Below are positions 1 to 8,311 of a DNA stretch of 64,000 nucleotides, one piece after another (the stretch's first letter is position 1; each line of letters opens with the position of its first letter). This DNA is from an uncultured Gemmatimonadaceae bacterium (lineage in GTDB: Bacteria > Gemmatimonadota > Gemmatimonadetes > Gemmatimonadales > Gemmatimonadaceae). Where the stretch lies: positions 2,464,001-2,528,000 of the forward strand of contig CAVUDW010000002.1 of NCBI GenBank assembly GCA_963740355.1, written 5' to 3'. The position numbers and the translations under genes were made by a program. The notes below the pieces were generated by a model. It had not been told where the DNA came from, searched no databases, and saw nothing but the letters and a program-made list of their open reading frames with translations.

Positions 1-112
1 CCTTGAGGATCGAATCAGGGGCCGAGCGCGCCTGCGCGCGAAGCGGTGCGGCAGCCAACAGCACTGCCAGCACCACCGCACATCGAATGGCGCAAGAACG
101 CAGGAAACTCAG
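1..112 (-). CDS. N-terminal fragment of a probable exported protein (runs off window start)
   Basis: Minus frame from CTG at 112 reads (M)SFLRSCAIRCAVVLAVLLAAAPLRAQARSAPDSILK, a signal-peptide-like sequence. CTG overlaps the pepA stop (CTGA) and follows GAGGA. Confidence 0.55.
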   Translation of the reverse strand, partial: MSFLRSCAIRCAVVLAVLLAAAPLRAQARSAPDSILK

Positions 113-1581
113 TTGATCCTCGAGCGAACGTATTCAACGAACGTGCCGACGGGGCGACCGGTCGGCCCCTTCGGCAGTGACACGAGATCGTTCTCGGAAT
201 ACGCGGTGCCCGCGACGTCGAGATGCACCCACGGATAGCCCTCGGCAAACACCTTCAGGAAGAGCGCGGCCGTGATCGAACCCGCCGCGCGCCCACCCGT
301 GTTCTTGATGTCGGCCGTGTCGGACTTGATCTGCTCTTCGTAGTCAGCGCACAGCGGCAATTCCCAGCCAGGCTCCGCGGCGCGTGCACCCGCAGCCAGG
401 ACATCGCGAACGAGCGTCGCATCGGTACCGAAGACACCCATCAGCGAATTGCCAAGCCCGATCACGACGGCGCCGGTGAGCGTGGCCGCATCGATGACCG
501 CGACCGGGTCGTATTTCTTCGCGTAGTGCAGCACATCCGCGAGGACCAGCCGGCCTTCCGCGTCGGTGTTGACGATCTCGATGAACGTACCATTCGAGGC
601 CTGCACCACATCGCCAGGATTGATGGCCGTACCGGAAGGCATGTTCGTCACGGCACCGACCAATCCCACCACGTTGATCGGCAGCTTGAGGCGTGCGATC
701 GCTTCCATTGCACCGAGCACGCCGGCAGCGCCGCTCATGTCGTACTTCATCCATTCCATGCCAGGCGCCGGCTTGATCGAAATGCCGCCGGTGTCGAAGC
801 ACACACCCTTGCCGGCCAACACCACCGGACGTGTGTCACCGGCCCCGCGGTATTCGACTGCGATCAATCGCGGTTCCTGTGGCGTGCCCTGCGCGACGGC
901 GAGCAGACTGCCCATGCGCAACGCTTCCATTTCGCGACGCCCCAGCACTGTGACGTCGAGACCATGTCGCGCCCCGATGTCGCGCGCCGAATCGGCCAGC
1001 GTATCCGGTGTGCAGAGATTGCCCGGCATCATCTGAAGGCGGCGCGCGAGAGCATAGCCGGCCGCGATCGACTCACCGCTGGCCAGGCCTGCGGCAGCGG
1101 CGGTCTCGTCGGCGACGAGAATGGTGGCGCGCTCGAGCGGCGTGCGCGGCTCGGTTGGCGGCGTCTTGAGTTCCTTGTATTCCCACGCGCCCATCGACGC
1201 GCCGACGATCACTTGTTCGAGGCCAGTGGTGTCGAGACCCGACGGCACCATCAGCGTCATCGAGTTCACGTTCAGGCCGTTGCTGCGCCGGCCAGCGAGC
1301 TGAGCGGCGCGCTTGAGCGCGCTCGAGCGATCGGTCACATCGCCCATGCCCACGAGCAGGACGCGTTCCGGCCCGGTTGGGCCACCAGCGAGGTGGAGCA
1401 CTTCATCGCGCTTGCCTACGAACGCCCCGCGCGAGAACGAGCGGGAAATGGCACCAGCCAGCAGCGTGTCGAGCGCGGCAAGGTCGCTGGGAACCGCATC
1501 ACCCTTTGGGCAGAGAACGGCCAGGACACCGGTGTCGACAGTACTGGCGTCGGCGCGGCGGACAGAGAACGTGAGAGGCAT
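109..1581 (-). CDS. pepA: leucyl aminopeptidase (M17 family)
   Basis: M17 metal-binding motifs GKGVCFDTGGISIK, MKYDMSGA and NTDAEGRL. Start refined to ATG 1581 (MPLTFSVRR); the ORF-track upstream extension overlaps + strand genes. Confidence 0.95.
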   Translation of the reverse strand: MPLTFSVRRADASTVDTGVLAVLCPKGDAVPSDLAALDTLLAGAISRSFSRGAFVGKRDEVLHLAGGPTGPERVLLVGMGDVTDRSSALKRAAQLAGRRSNGLNVNSMTLMVPSGLDTTGLEQVIVGASMGAWEYKELKTPPTEPRTPLERATILVADETAAAAGLASGESIAAGYALARRLQMMPGNLCTPDTLADSARDIGARHGLDVTVLGRREMEALRMGSLLAVAQGTPQEPRLIAVEYRGAGDTRPVVLAGKGVCFDTGGISIKPAPGMEWMKYDMSGAAGVLGAMEAIARLKLPINVVGLVGAVTNMPSGTAINPGDVVQASNGTFIEIVNTDAEGRLVLADVLHYAKKYDPVAVIDAATLTGAVVIGLGNSLMGVFGTDATLVRDVLAAGARAAEPGWELPLCADYEEQIKSDTADIKNTGGRAAGSITAALFLKVFAEGYPWVHLDVAGTAYSENDLVSLPKGPTGRPVGTFVEYVRSRIN

Positions 1582-1687
1582 GTGGCGGAAGTTACGGGGT
1601 CGGGGACGACGCGATACCCGCGGCCGAGGATGGCGGAAGCGGGGGCGGCGCACCGGGAAGTTAGCGGACCTGAACGGGTGAGGCAGG

Positions 1688-2302
1688 ATGCCGGTCCGAG
1701 CGAGCGCGGCCGTGACGGCGTTCGCGTACGAGTCGTCGGTAGCGCATGGGCCGCTCGGATCCGACGCGGCCACTGACTCTCGTCCCTGGCAGACCGTGAT
1801 CTTTCGTCGACGACCGGCACAATCGCAGCTCATCGTCACGACCAACGTGATGCGTCGCCTGGCCTCGCACATGCCGGCGCCACAGGGGCCAAGCCTGCCC
1901 ATGAGCGAGGTGGCGCCTCGCGCCGGTGCGGCGCCGCAGGCCGACGTGGTGGCTGCCGTGCGCGATTCGGGCGTCGTCATTGCGTTTCTCGCCGGCGGCG
2001 GCTCGCGGCATGGCCTCACGGCCCGCGTGTATGACGTCATCACGTCGCAGGCCGGCTGCGGGCTCGGACGCAGTAGCTCGCTGGGAGCATTCGCCGAACA
2101 GTTCTGCGATTCCGCCGACGGCAAGCGTCGCCTGGTGCAGTTGCTGGCGGTGCATCGTCCCTCCAGCGATCCGACCGCACTTCTGACCCGCATGGCGATC
2201 ACCGCGTGGGTGCGCACGGTCGGCCTCGCGGCCAAGACACGCGAAGTGATGGAAGCGGCGGCAACTGGTCTCCCCGACTGGCACACTCCCGGCGACATGT
2301 AG
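1688..2302 (+). CDS. hypothetical protein (204 aa)
   Basis: High GC3 codon usage, SD-like GAGG upstream, fills the gap divergent from pepA; no recognisable motif. Confidence 0.6.
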   Translation: MPVRASAAVTAFAYESSVAHGPLGSDAATDSRPWQTVIFRRRPAQSQLIVTTNVMRRLASHMPAPQGPSLPMSEVAPRAGAAPQADVVAAVRDSGVVIAFLAGGGSRHGLTARVYDVITSQAGCGLGRSSSLGAFAEQFCDSADGKRRLVQLLAVHRPSSDPTALLTRMAITAWVRTVGLAAKTREVMEAAATGLPDWHTPGDM

Positions 2303-2358
2303 GCAACGACAGGGTCGTCTGGCCTTGTTTGTTCGCCGTGCCGCTGCGAAGGTGGGGC

Positions 2359-3624
2359 ATGCGATTCGACAGCAGAAGTCTCCGATCGTGCGGCGCCGTG
2401 CTCGCCGTGGCCGTCCTGCAGTGTGGCGCGGTGCGCGACCTTGCGGCGCAACGCGACAGCAAGACTCCTCCAGCGGTACAAGCCTTCGATCCGGCGGAAT
2501 GTCGCGCTGATTGTTCAGTCGACTCGCTCGTGATCGACGTCGATCGAGGGCGGCGAGCGCAGTCAGGCGTCATGTCTGCGACGCTCATCCTCATCGACAC
2601 GATCGCGATCGCCAAGCGTGGCGCGCCGCCAACGCCGCGCGACCGACCGGTGTCGATCTGGTTCACATGCGACTCGTCGCCCTGCGGAGCGGCCGTGGTG
2701 ACCGGCCGAATCAGTGACAAACGCATCGACGACGCACGGGTGGCGCGACGCACCTCGGCGCTCTGGCCGCTTCCCGCGCCGCTGATGCTGAAGCTGCTCA
2801 AGTCGACCGCAGTGTCGCTGGTCGCCGAGGGCAAGACGCACCCGTTGTCCGCTGCGACCGTGACTGCAACTCGGGCGCTGGTCGAGTCGATTCGCAGTAG
2901 CACACCGACGACACCGTATTCCGCGCGCGCGCAGCTCTACATCGCCACGTTTGCGGCTTTCGGACTACCGGGCGACAGCACGATGGCGGAGGATGTCGGT
3001 ACCGCCACCGAGCCACTGATGATTCCGGACGCCACGACGACCCCGCCAACCCGGGTCGCGACGCTGACACTCGCCGGTCGTGGCGCCGACGCCGTGCCGA
3101 TGCTGGTGCAGGATGATGCCACCGGGGCGGCACCGATCTTTGGCATTGGTGAGTCCGTGACGATTGCGCTTCCAGGCAAGGTCGGTCGTCGCGGGGTCGC
3201 TATTGGAAAGATCACGGCTCGTCAGCGAGTCGAATCGCTGCGTGACGCCTGCCAGGGGATGAAGCTGTGGACCTATCTGGTCGCCTTACCCGCGGCTGAC
3301 GTTGCAGCGGTGGCGCGTGGCAGTTTGCCGTCGCTGCGCCCGGGCGAGTCGATCGATCGATGGAACGGCACCGCCGTGCGCGAGGTCTATCCCGCCCGGA
3401 TGCCAGCGGCGGAACAACGGTTGATCACCGCCAGCCGGTCCGTGGTTGCCCAATTCGTCCGCGAGCGCGCCAGCACGGGACTCCGCGAACGGGACGTTCA
3501 GGTGCTCGCCGCCCTGCCCCGTGCCGCCGGCTACGTGACCAACTTCGGCGTGATCTCGAAGGATGGCGGTGGCAACTGGCACTTCCCGAGTTTGAACCTG
3601 CGCCCCGCGGCCTGCCCTCAGTGA
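2359..3624 (+). CDS. hypothetical exported protein
   Basis: ATG 2359 gives a signal-peptide-like N-terminus MRFDSRSLRSCGAVLAVAVLQCGAVRDLAAQ; long high-GC3 ORF; no family recognised. Confidence 0.7.
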   Translation: MRFDSRSLRSCGAVLAVAVLQCGAVRDLAAQRDSKTPPAVQAFDPAECRADCSVDSLVIDVDRGRRAQSGVMSATLILIDTIAIAKRGAPPTPRDRPVSIWFTCDSSPCGAAVVTGRISDKRIDDARVARRTSALWPLPAPLMLKLLKSTAVSLVAEGKTHPLSAATVTATRALVESIRSSTPTTPYSARAQLYIATFAAFGLPGDSTMAEDVGTATEPLMIPDATTTPPTRVATLTLAGRGADAVPMLVQDDATGAAPIFGIGESVTIALPGKVGRRGVAIGKITARQRVESLRDACQGMKLWTYLVALPAADVAAVARGSLPSLRPGESIDRWNGTAVREVYPARMPAAEQRLITASRSVVAQFVRERASTGLRERDVQVLAALPRAAGYVTNFGVISKDGGGNWHFPSLNLRPAACPQ

Positions 3625-3750
3625 TAGACGCCCTTCCCTCTCAAGCTGAGTCTGGTAGCAGGTAAGGGTTTTCCTGACGGCGGTGTACTGGCCCACCTGA
3701 CATGGTCCCAAGAGTCTCTGGCCCGTCACCATGACCTGTGAGGGAAATGC

Positions 3751-4308
3751 ATGAATGCGTCTGTCTCGAATTCTGAAGAAGAAGTGATCCCGTTGAGCGG
3801 CGTGTCCAATTCGCCCCGGTCGAACGGCGCCATCATCTCGGAGGGCGTGCTCGCTGGATTCGTTGCTGCGAGCGCAGTGGCCGGCGTGTTCCTGATCGTC
3901 GACCTGCTGGCTGGTGAGGCGTTCAGGACGCCGAGGCAACTCGGTGTGATGCTGCTGTCACTGTTCGGCGCCGGAGCGTCGGCATCGGCGGATGTGGCCA
4001 CGCCGCTCGCGCTCTACACACTCTTTCACTTTCTCGCGTTCATCGTGGCCGGCATCCTGGCTGCGGCGATCGTGCAGATCACGATGAAGCAGCCGGTCGC
4101 AATCCTGCTGTTCGTGATCCTCTTCTTTGCATTCGAGGTGGCATTCACCGGCTTCGTCGCCTTCCTCGATGTGACATCGACGGGCGGGATGACACCGCTC
4201 CAAGTGGCGATCGGCAATGTCGTGGCCTCGGTGGCGATGGCGCTCTTCTTCCGTGCACGACACCCGAAACTGCGCACGATCGGCCGGACACTGTCAGCGG
4301 AGGAGTAG
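3751..4308 (+). CDS. hypothetical integral membrane protein (about 4-5 TM segments)
   Basis: Several hydrophobic stretches (GVLAGFVAASAVAGVFLIV, LYTLFHFLAFIVAGILAAAIV, ILLFVILFFAFEVAF); SD GAGGG upstream. Confidence 0.8.
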   Translation: MNASVSNSEEEVIPLSGVSNSPRSNGAIISEGVLAGFVAASAVAGVFLIVDLLAGEAFRTPRQLGVMLLSLFGAGASASADVATPLALYTLFHFLAFIVAGILAAAIVQITMKQPVAILLFVILFFAFEVAFTGFVAFLDVTSTGGMTPLQVAIGNVVASVAMALFFRARHPKLRTIGRTLSAEE

Positions 4309-4375
4309 GCGCGTGCGTGGGGAATGACGGCGCTGCGACGTCGCGTAGATTCGACGCTGCCCCTGCCGCTGGCTC

Positions 4376-4428
4376 AAAAGCAGAACCGCCGCCTCCCGAG
4401 AACATCTCGAGAGGCGGCGGTTTTTTGT
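4376..4428. terminator. bidirectional intrinsic terminator between convergent genes
   Basis: AACCGCCGCCTC...GAGGCGGCGGTT stem with a T-tract after and an A-tract before. Confidence 0.85.
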
Positions 4429-4460
4429 TCGTCCTTCACGCGATCATTGCAAGCAGGGGA

Positions 4461-7400
4461 TCAGTTGAAGGAGTAACGGAGACCGAACTGCAGGCGCCAC
4501 ACATCCAACAGGTCGGAGGTACGCTGGTAGGTCGCCTTCTGGAGTTCGTTGCCGAAGTTGCGCAGGCGGTAGATCGGGATGCCGGCCAGCGCCCCCGTCG
4601 TTGCCGTGCTGCGGTACACGAGCGGCGAGTTCGACACCAGCCGCTGCGCACCACCCCAGTTCTTGTTCAGCATGTTGCCGAAGTTCAGGATGTCGGCGCG
4701 GAAGCTGATCTTGTTGCGCTGACCGCCGATGTTTGTGAACAGCTCCTGCTCGACGGCGAGGTCGGCGCGGAACACAGTCGGCAGGCGAACGGCGCCACGC
4801 TCCGCGTATTCGCCGCGGTGCTTGCTGAGGTACGGATCCTGGTTGATGAACGAGTTCCAAGCCGTGACCTGCTCGGCGGCGGTGAAGGTACGCGCCACAC
4901 CACTGGTCGTGACGGTGTACTGCTCGAAGTTCATCTCGCTGACATTCTTGGCGATGTAGAGCAGGTCGTTGGCCGTGTTCGCGTCGCCGTTCAGGTCACC
5001 CGAGACGATGTACGACGAGTTGCCGAGCGAGCGGAGCTCGTTGAACACCGAGAGCTTGGTGTTGCCGAAGCCGAAGTACTTCTTCGAGTACGACAAGACG
5101 AGGAATGCCCGGTGGCCTGCCCAGTTGCTGGAGAACCCTGCAGCCGGATTGTTCGGATCGGTCGTGATGGCGTTGCCGCTCCATGACCCCGATGCAATGG
5201 AGCCTGGGTCGACAAGGTTGCGCGACGAGCCGTAGCTGTACGCGGCCTTGGCGAAGACGCCACCCGAGAAGCTCTTCTCGAGCGCGGCGGATGCAGTGTA
5301 CGACGTGCCGACGTTCGAGTTGCCGAGCACGATGGCGTTGATGATGCTCGGGTTGATGCGGTTGACCGTGCCGCCACCGATCCAGCGCGGGCGCTGATCC
5401 GGGCCGTTGAACTTGCCGTTCGGCGTGGACAGGTTCGCGTTGATGTACGCCGTCTGGTTGATGTCCTGGTTGTACAGGTACTCAACCGTCGCGATGAAGC
5501 CGTACGGCAGGCGCTGGTCGAGCGCGATGTTGGAGCGCCAGGTCTGCGGGAACCGGTAGTCCGGGATGGTGAGCGCGAGGTCCTGCGTCGCGGCCGGCGC
5601 GCCGGTCACGGTGGTCGGCTTGTATGTATCCGGGTTCGGATTGAACGGGCGCGTGTTGGTGTTGTCGCGCTGGTCGAAGCCGGTCAGGATACCGTTGTTG
5701 CCGATCTGGTTGGACACCCAGACGTAGGCCGGGCTACCGGTGAAGACGCCGCTGCCGCCGCGGAGCTGCGTCGTACGGTCGCCACGTGCATCCCAGTTGA
5801 AGCCGAAGCGCGGCGACCACAGCACCTTCGCGGCCGGCAGACGCGCCGTGTTGTACCGCACGGTGGCACCGATTTCGTCGCGGAACGAGAGTGCCGAGAC
5901 GGACGGGTTGTCGAGCGCGGTGTTCTTGAACTTCGGCACGTCGGCGCGCAGGCCGAGCGTGAGCGTGAAGTGCGGTGCGACGCGGAACTGATCCTGCAGG
6001 TATGCACCGGCATACACCACATCGAGCGGCTGGACCGGCTTGTCCTGACCGGGCACGTTGCTGTAACGCACCTGGAAACGATTCAGCGTGATCGGCGAGG
6101 TGGTGCGGTTCGGGTTCGCCAGGAAGTCGTTCGCGTCGGTGTAGAAATCGGCGAGCGAGTTGTACACGTACGCGCTCTGCTTGCCCGGGAAGAAGACGTT
6201 CTCGGAGCGGTAGCGCTGTGCGGTCACACCGAACGTGATGTCGTGCTTCTCGGTGTTGAGCGTGAGGTTGTTCTGGAACTGGAGCGTGTTGTATCGCAGC
6301 TCATTGTTCGGCGTGAACGGCTCGGAGCCGAACGTCAGGTAGTTGAAGCCGCCGTTGAGGATATCCACCATCGGGAAGAAGGCTCCCTTCGGGGCCCGGC
6401 TCTCGTCGTTCTTGGTGTAGCCCGCGATCATGTTGTTCGAGAGGTTGCTGCGGATCTGCGAGTTCCACTCCCCGACGTAGGAGCGGATGTTCTCGAGGAT
6501 CGCGTAGTTCGTGTTCTCGAATGCCAGCGAGTTCGTGTTACCCGTGCGGCCGCCACCGAGCGACTGCCCGAGGGAGCCGGACGACGAGGCGATCACATCG
6601 GTGCTCGAGTTCAGCTGGGTGTAGCGGAAGCTGAACTTGTTGTTGTCGTTCAGGTTGAAATCGAGCTTGCCGGTGAAGCGGTCCGACGGGGTGCCGCGGT
6701 CGTAGCCACCGATGCCGCCGGTCTCGTAGCCGAACTTTTCCTTCAGGAACGCGGAGAGCTGCGTCACGTCCGTCTGGAGCACGCGGGTCTTGTTGCCGCT
6801 GATCGGCTCAGAACCCGAATTCGTGGTGAACAAAGTGCCCGGCTGGGTGTTCTCGTCCCGCTCGTAGTTGGCGAAGAAGAACAGCTTGTCCTTGATGATC
6901 GGCCCGGAGAGCGTCCCACCCCAGAGGCCAAACGTGAACGTGCCCGGGTTGACGGTCAGCGCGCCGGCCTTGGTGCCGACGTTGCCCTGATTGCGCTGGT
7001 TGCGGTAGACGGCACCGGTGAAGGTGTTGGTGCCGCTCTTCGTCACCGCGTTCACACCGGCGCCGACGAAGTTGCCCTGGCGCACGTCGAACGGCGCCAC
7101 ATTGACCTGGATCTGGTCGATGGCGTCGAGCGAGAGTGGCGACACACCGGTACGACCACCGGGAGTTGCACCGCTGCCGAGGCCGAACGAGTTGTTGAAG
7201 TAGCTACCGTCAACCGTGATGTTGTTGAGGCGGCTGTCCTGACCGGCAATCGACTGACCATTCGACTGCGGCGTGAGGCGCACGAAGTCGTTGATCGAGC
7301 GCGAAATCGTCGGGAGCGCTTCCAGTGCTTCGCGGCTCACCGTCGTGGCAGCGCCAGTGCGCGACGAGCTGAGCACACCGCCGCTCTGTGCCGTCACGGA

Positions 7401-7766
7401 AACCGCTGCGAGTTGCACTGCGGCCGGCGCAATCTCAAATGAGACTTCCGTCGCCACGCCGAGCTGGATGGTGACGTTTGGCTGCGACTGCGGCGCGTAG
7501 CCGATCGTGGTGGCCGTAATCGTGTATGGACCGCCGACACGCATGCCGGGTATGCTGTATCGACCGTCGCCGCGGGTCAGCGCCTGGTAGGCGGTGCCCG
7601 ACGGCTGGTGCACGGCGCGCACTCGCGCACCGACCATGGCAATTCCTGTCTGCTTGGCAGTCACGCGGCCCGAAAGGGAGCCGGTGGTGACGCCTTGAGC
7701 GGTCAGGGTACTCGCCGCTGCGGCCATACTCACCGCGAGCAGCGACGCGACAAAAAATTTCTTCAT
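4461..7766 (-). CDS. TonB-dependent receptor with N-terminal carboxypeptidase-regulatory-like domain (Oar-like)
   Basis: Signal peptide MKKFFVASLLAV..AQ, plug motifs (ITVDG..NNSFG, NAVTKSGTN), C-terminal FGLRYSF; ATG 7766 with SD GGAGA. Confidence 0.92.
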   Translation of the reverse strand: MKKFFVASLLAVSMAAAASTLTAQGVTTGSLSGRVTAKQTGIAMVGARVRAVHQPSGTAYQALTRGDGRYSIPGMRVGGPYTITATTIGYAPQSQPNVTIQLGVATEVSFEIAPAAVQLAAVSVTAQSGGVLSSSRTGAATTVSREALEALPTISRSINDFVRLTPQSNGQSIAGQDSRLNNITVDGSYFNNSFGLGSGATPGGRTGVSPLSLDAIDQIQVNVAPFDVRQGNFVGAGVNAVTKSGTNTFTGAVYRNQRNQGNVGTKAGALTVNPGTFTFGLWGGTLSGPIIKDKLFFFANYERDENTQPGTLFTTNSGSEPISGNKTRVLQTDVTQLSAFLKEKFGYETGGIGGYDRGTPSDRFTGKLDFNLNDNNKFSFRYTQLNSSTDVIASSSGSLGQSLGGGRTGNTNSLAFENTNYAILENIRSYVGEWNSQIRSNLSNNMIAGYTKNDESRAPKGAFFPMVDILNGGFNYLTFGSEPFTPNNELRYNTLQFQNNLTLNTEKHDITFGVTAQRYRSENVFFPGKQSAYVYNSLADFYTDANDFLANPNRTTSPITLNRFQVRYSNVPGQDKPVQPLDVVYAGAYLQDQFRVAPHFTLTLGLRADVPKFKNTALDNPSVSALSFRDEIGATVRYNTARLPAAKVLWSPRFGFNWDARGDRTTQLRGGSGVFTGSPAYVWVSNQIGNNGILTGFDQRDNTNTRPFNPNPDTYKPTTVTGAPAATQDLALTIPDYRFPQTWRSNIALDQRLPYGFIATVEYLYNQDINQTAYINANLSTPNGKFNGPDQRPRWIGGGTVNRINPSIINAIVLGNSNVGTSYTASAALEKSFSGGVFAKAAYSYGSSRNLVDPGSIASGSWSGNAITTDPNNPAAGFSSNWAGHRAFLVLSYSKKYFGFGNTKLSVFNELRSLGNSSYIVSGDLNGDANTANDLLYIAKNVSEMNFEQYTVTTSGVARTFTAAEQVTAWNSFINQDPYLSKHRGEYAERGAVRLPTVFRADLAVEQELFTNIGGQRNKISFRADILNFGNMLNKNWGGAQRLVSNSPLVYRSTATTGALAGIPIYRLRNFGNELQKATYQRTSDLLDVWRLQFGLRYSFN

Positions 7767-8129
7767 TCGCAATCTCCAAAAGTGAAATCCAGCGCCAGCT
7801 GACCTTCGTTACAAAGCTAGTCGAACCTGATGTGGCACGTGCAGAGAACGCTGCGTGGCGGCAGTCCGATGTCAGGGAAAACAGCTGGCGCGCTGGGGTG
7901 GAGCGCGTCGCAGCAGGACGGGGCCGGCGAGCGAATCAGTGCCGCGATTTTTCGCGTGCACTGTGTGACCGGTAGATAGTCGCGGCCGACGTATTCGACC
8001 GCCTTCCATACGCCCCGTGACCGAGGAGTTACAGTCCTGCGCGGCCCCGCTGACGCGGAGCGTCAGGCGGCGGCCATGGCAAGGCGCAGCGTCCAGCTTC
8101 GGACGTGCGAGGTGCTCAGGCTCGAGCAA

Positions 8130-8213
8130 TACCCGGGACGAGACTCGAACTCGTATACCCCGAAGGGTGAGGGATTTTGAGTCCCTTGCGTCTACCGATT
8201 CCGCCACCCGGGC
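8130..8213 (-). tRNA. tRNA-Leu (CAA anticodon), CCA not encoded
   Basis: GCCCGGGTGGCGGAATCGGTAGACGCAAGGGACT-CAA-AATCCCTCACCCTTCGGGGTATACGAGTTCGAGTCTCGTCCCGGGTA; cloverleaf with long variable arm and TTCGA T-loop. Confidence 0.96.
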
Positions 8214-8311
8214 AGGATGACTCGACAAAAGTAATCAGATCAGGGCGGTTGCGCGAAGCCCTTGATTTACAACGTCTTGCGGTATCGAGTCGCCACACGG
8301 CCGTCGGCCCG

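Noticed and set aside
1582..2481. 300-aa N-terminal extension of PepA in the ORF track
   Set aside because: Arg/Cys-rich shadow sequence antisense to + strand genes; the M17 protein starts at 1581. The same logic was applied to extensions of the U32, AtuA, aspS, lexA, folB and folK ORFs.
3640..3675. Further copy of the AAG-N3-TTG-N5-CAA-N3-CTT dyad
   Set aside because: Too many mismatches to support.
7767..8129. Genomic island or prophage integrated at tRNA-Leu
   Set aside because: No integrase, no duplicated tRNA 3' end seen in the window and no obvious composition shift.
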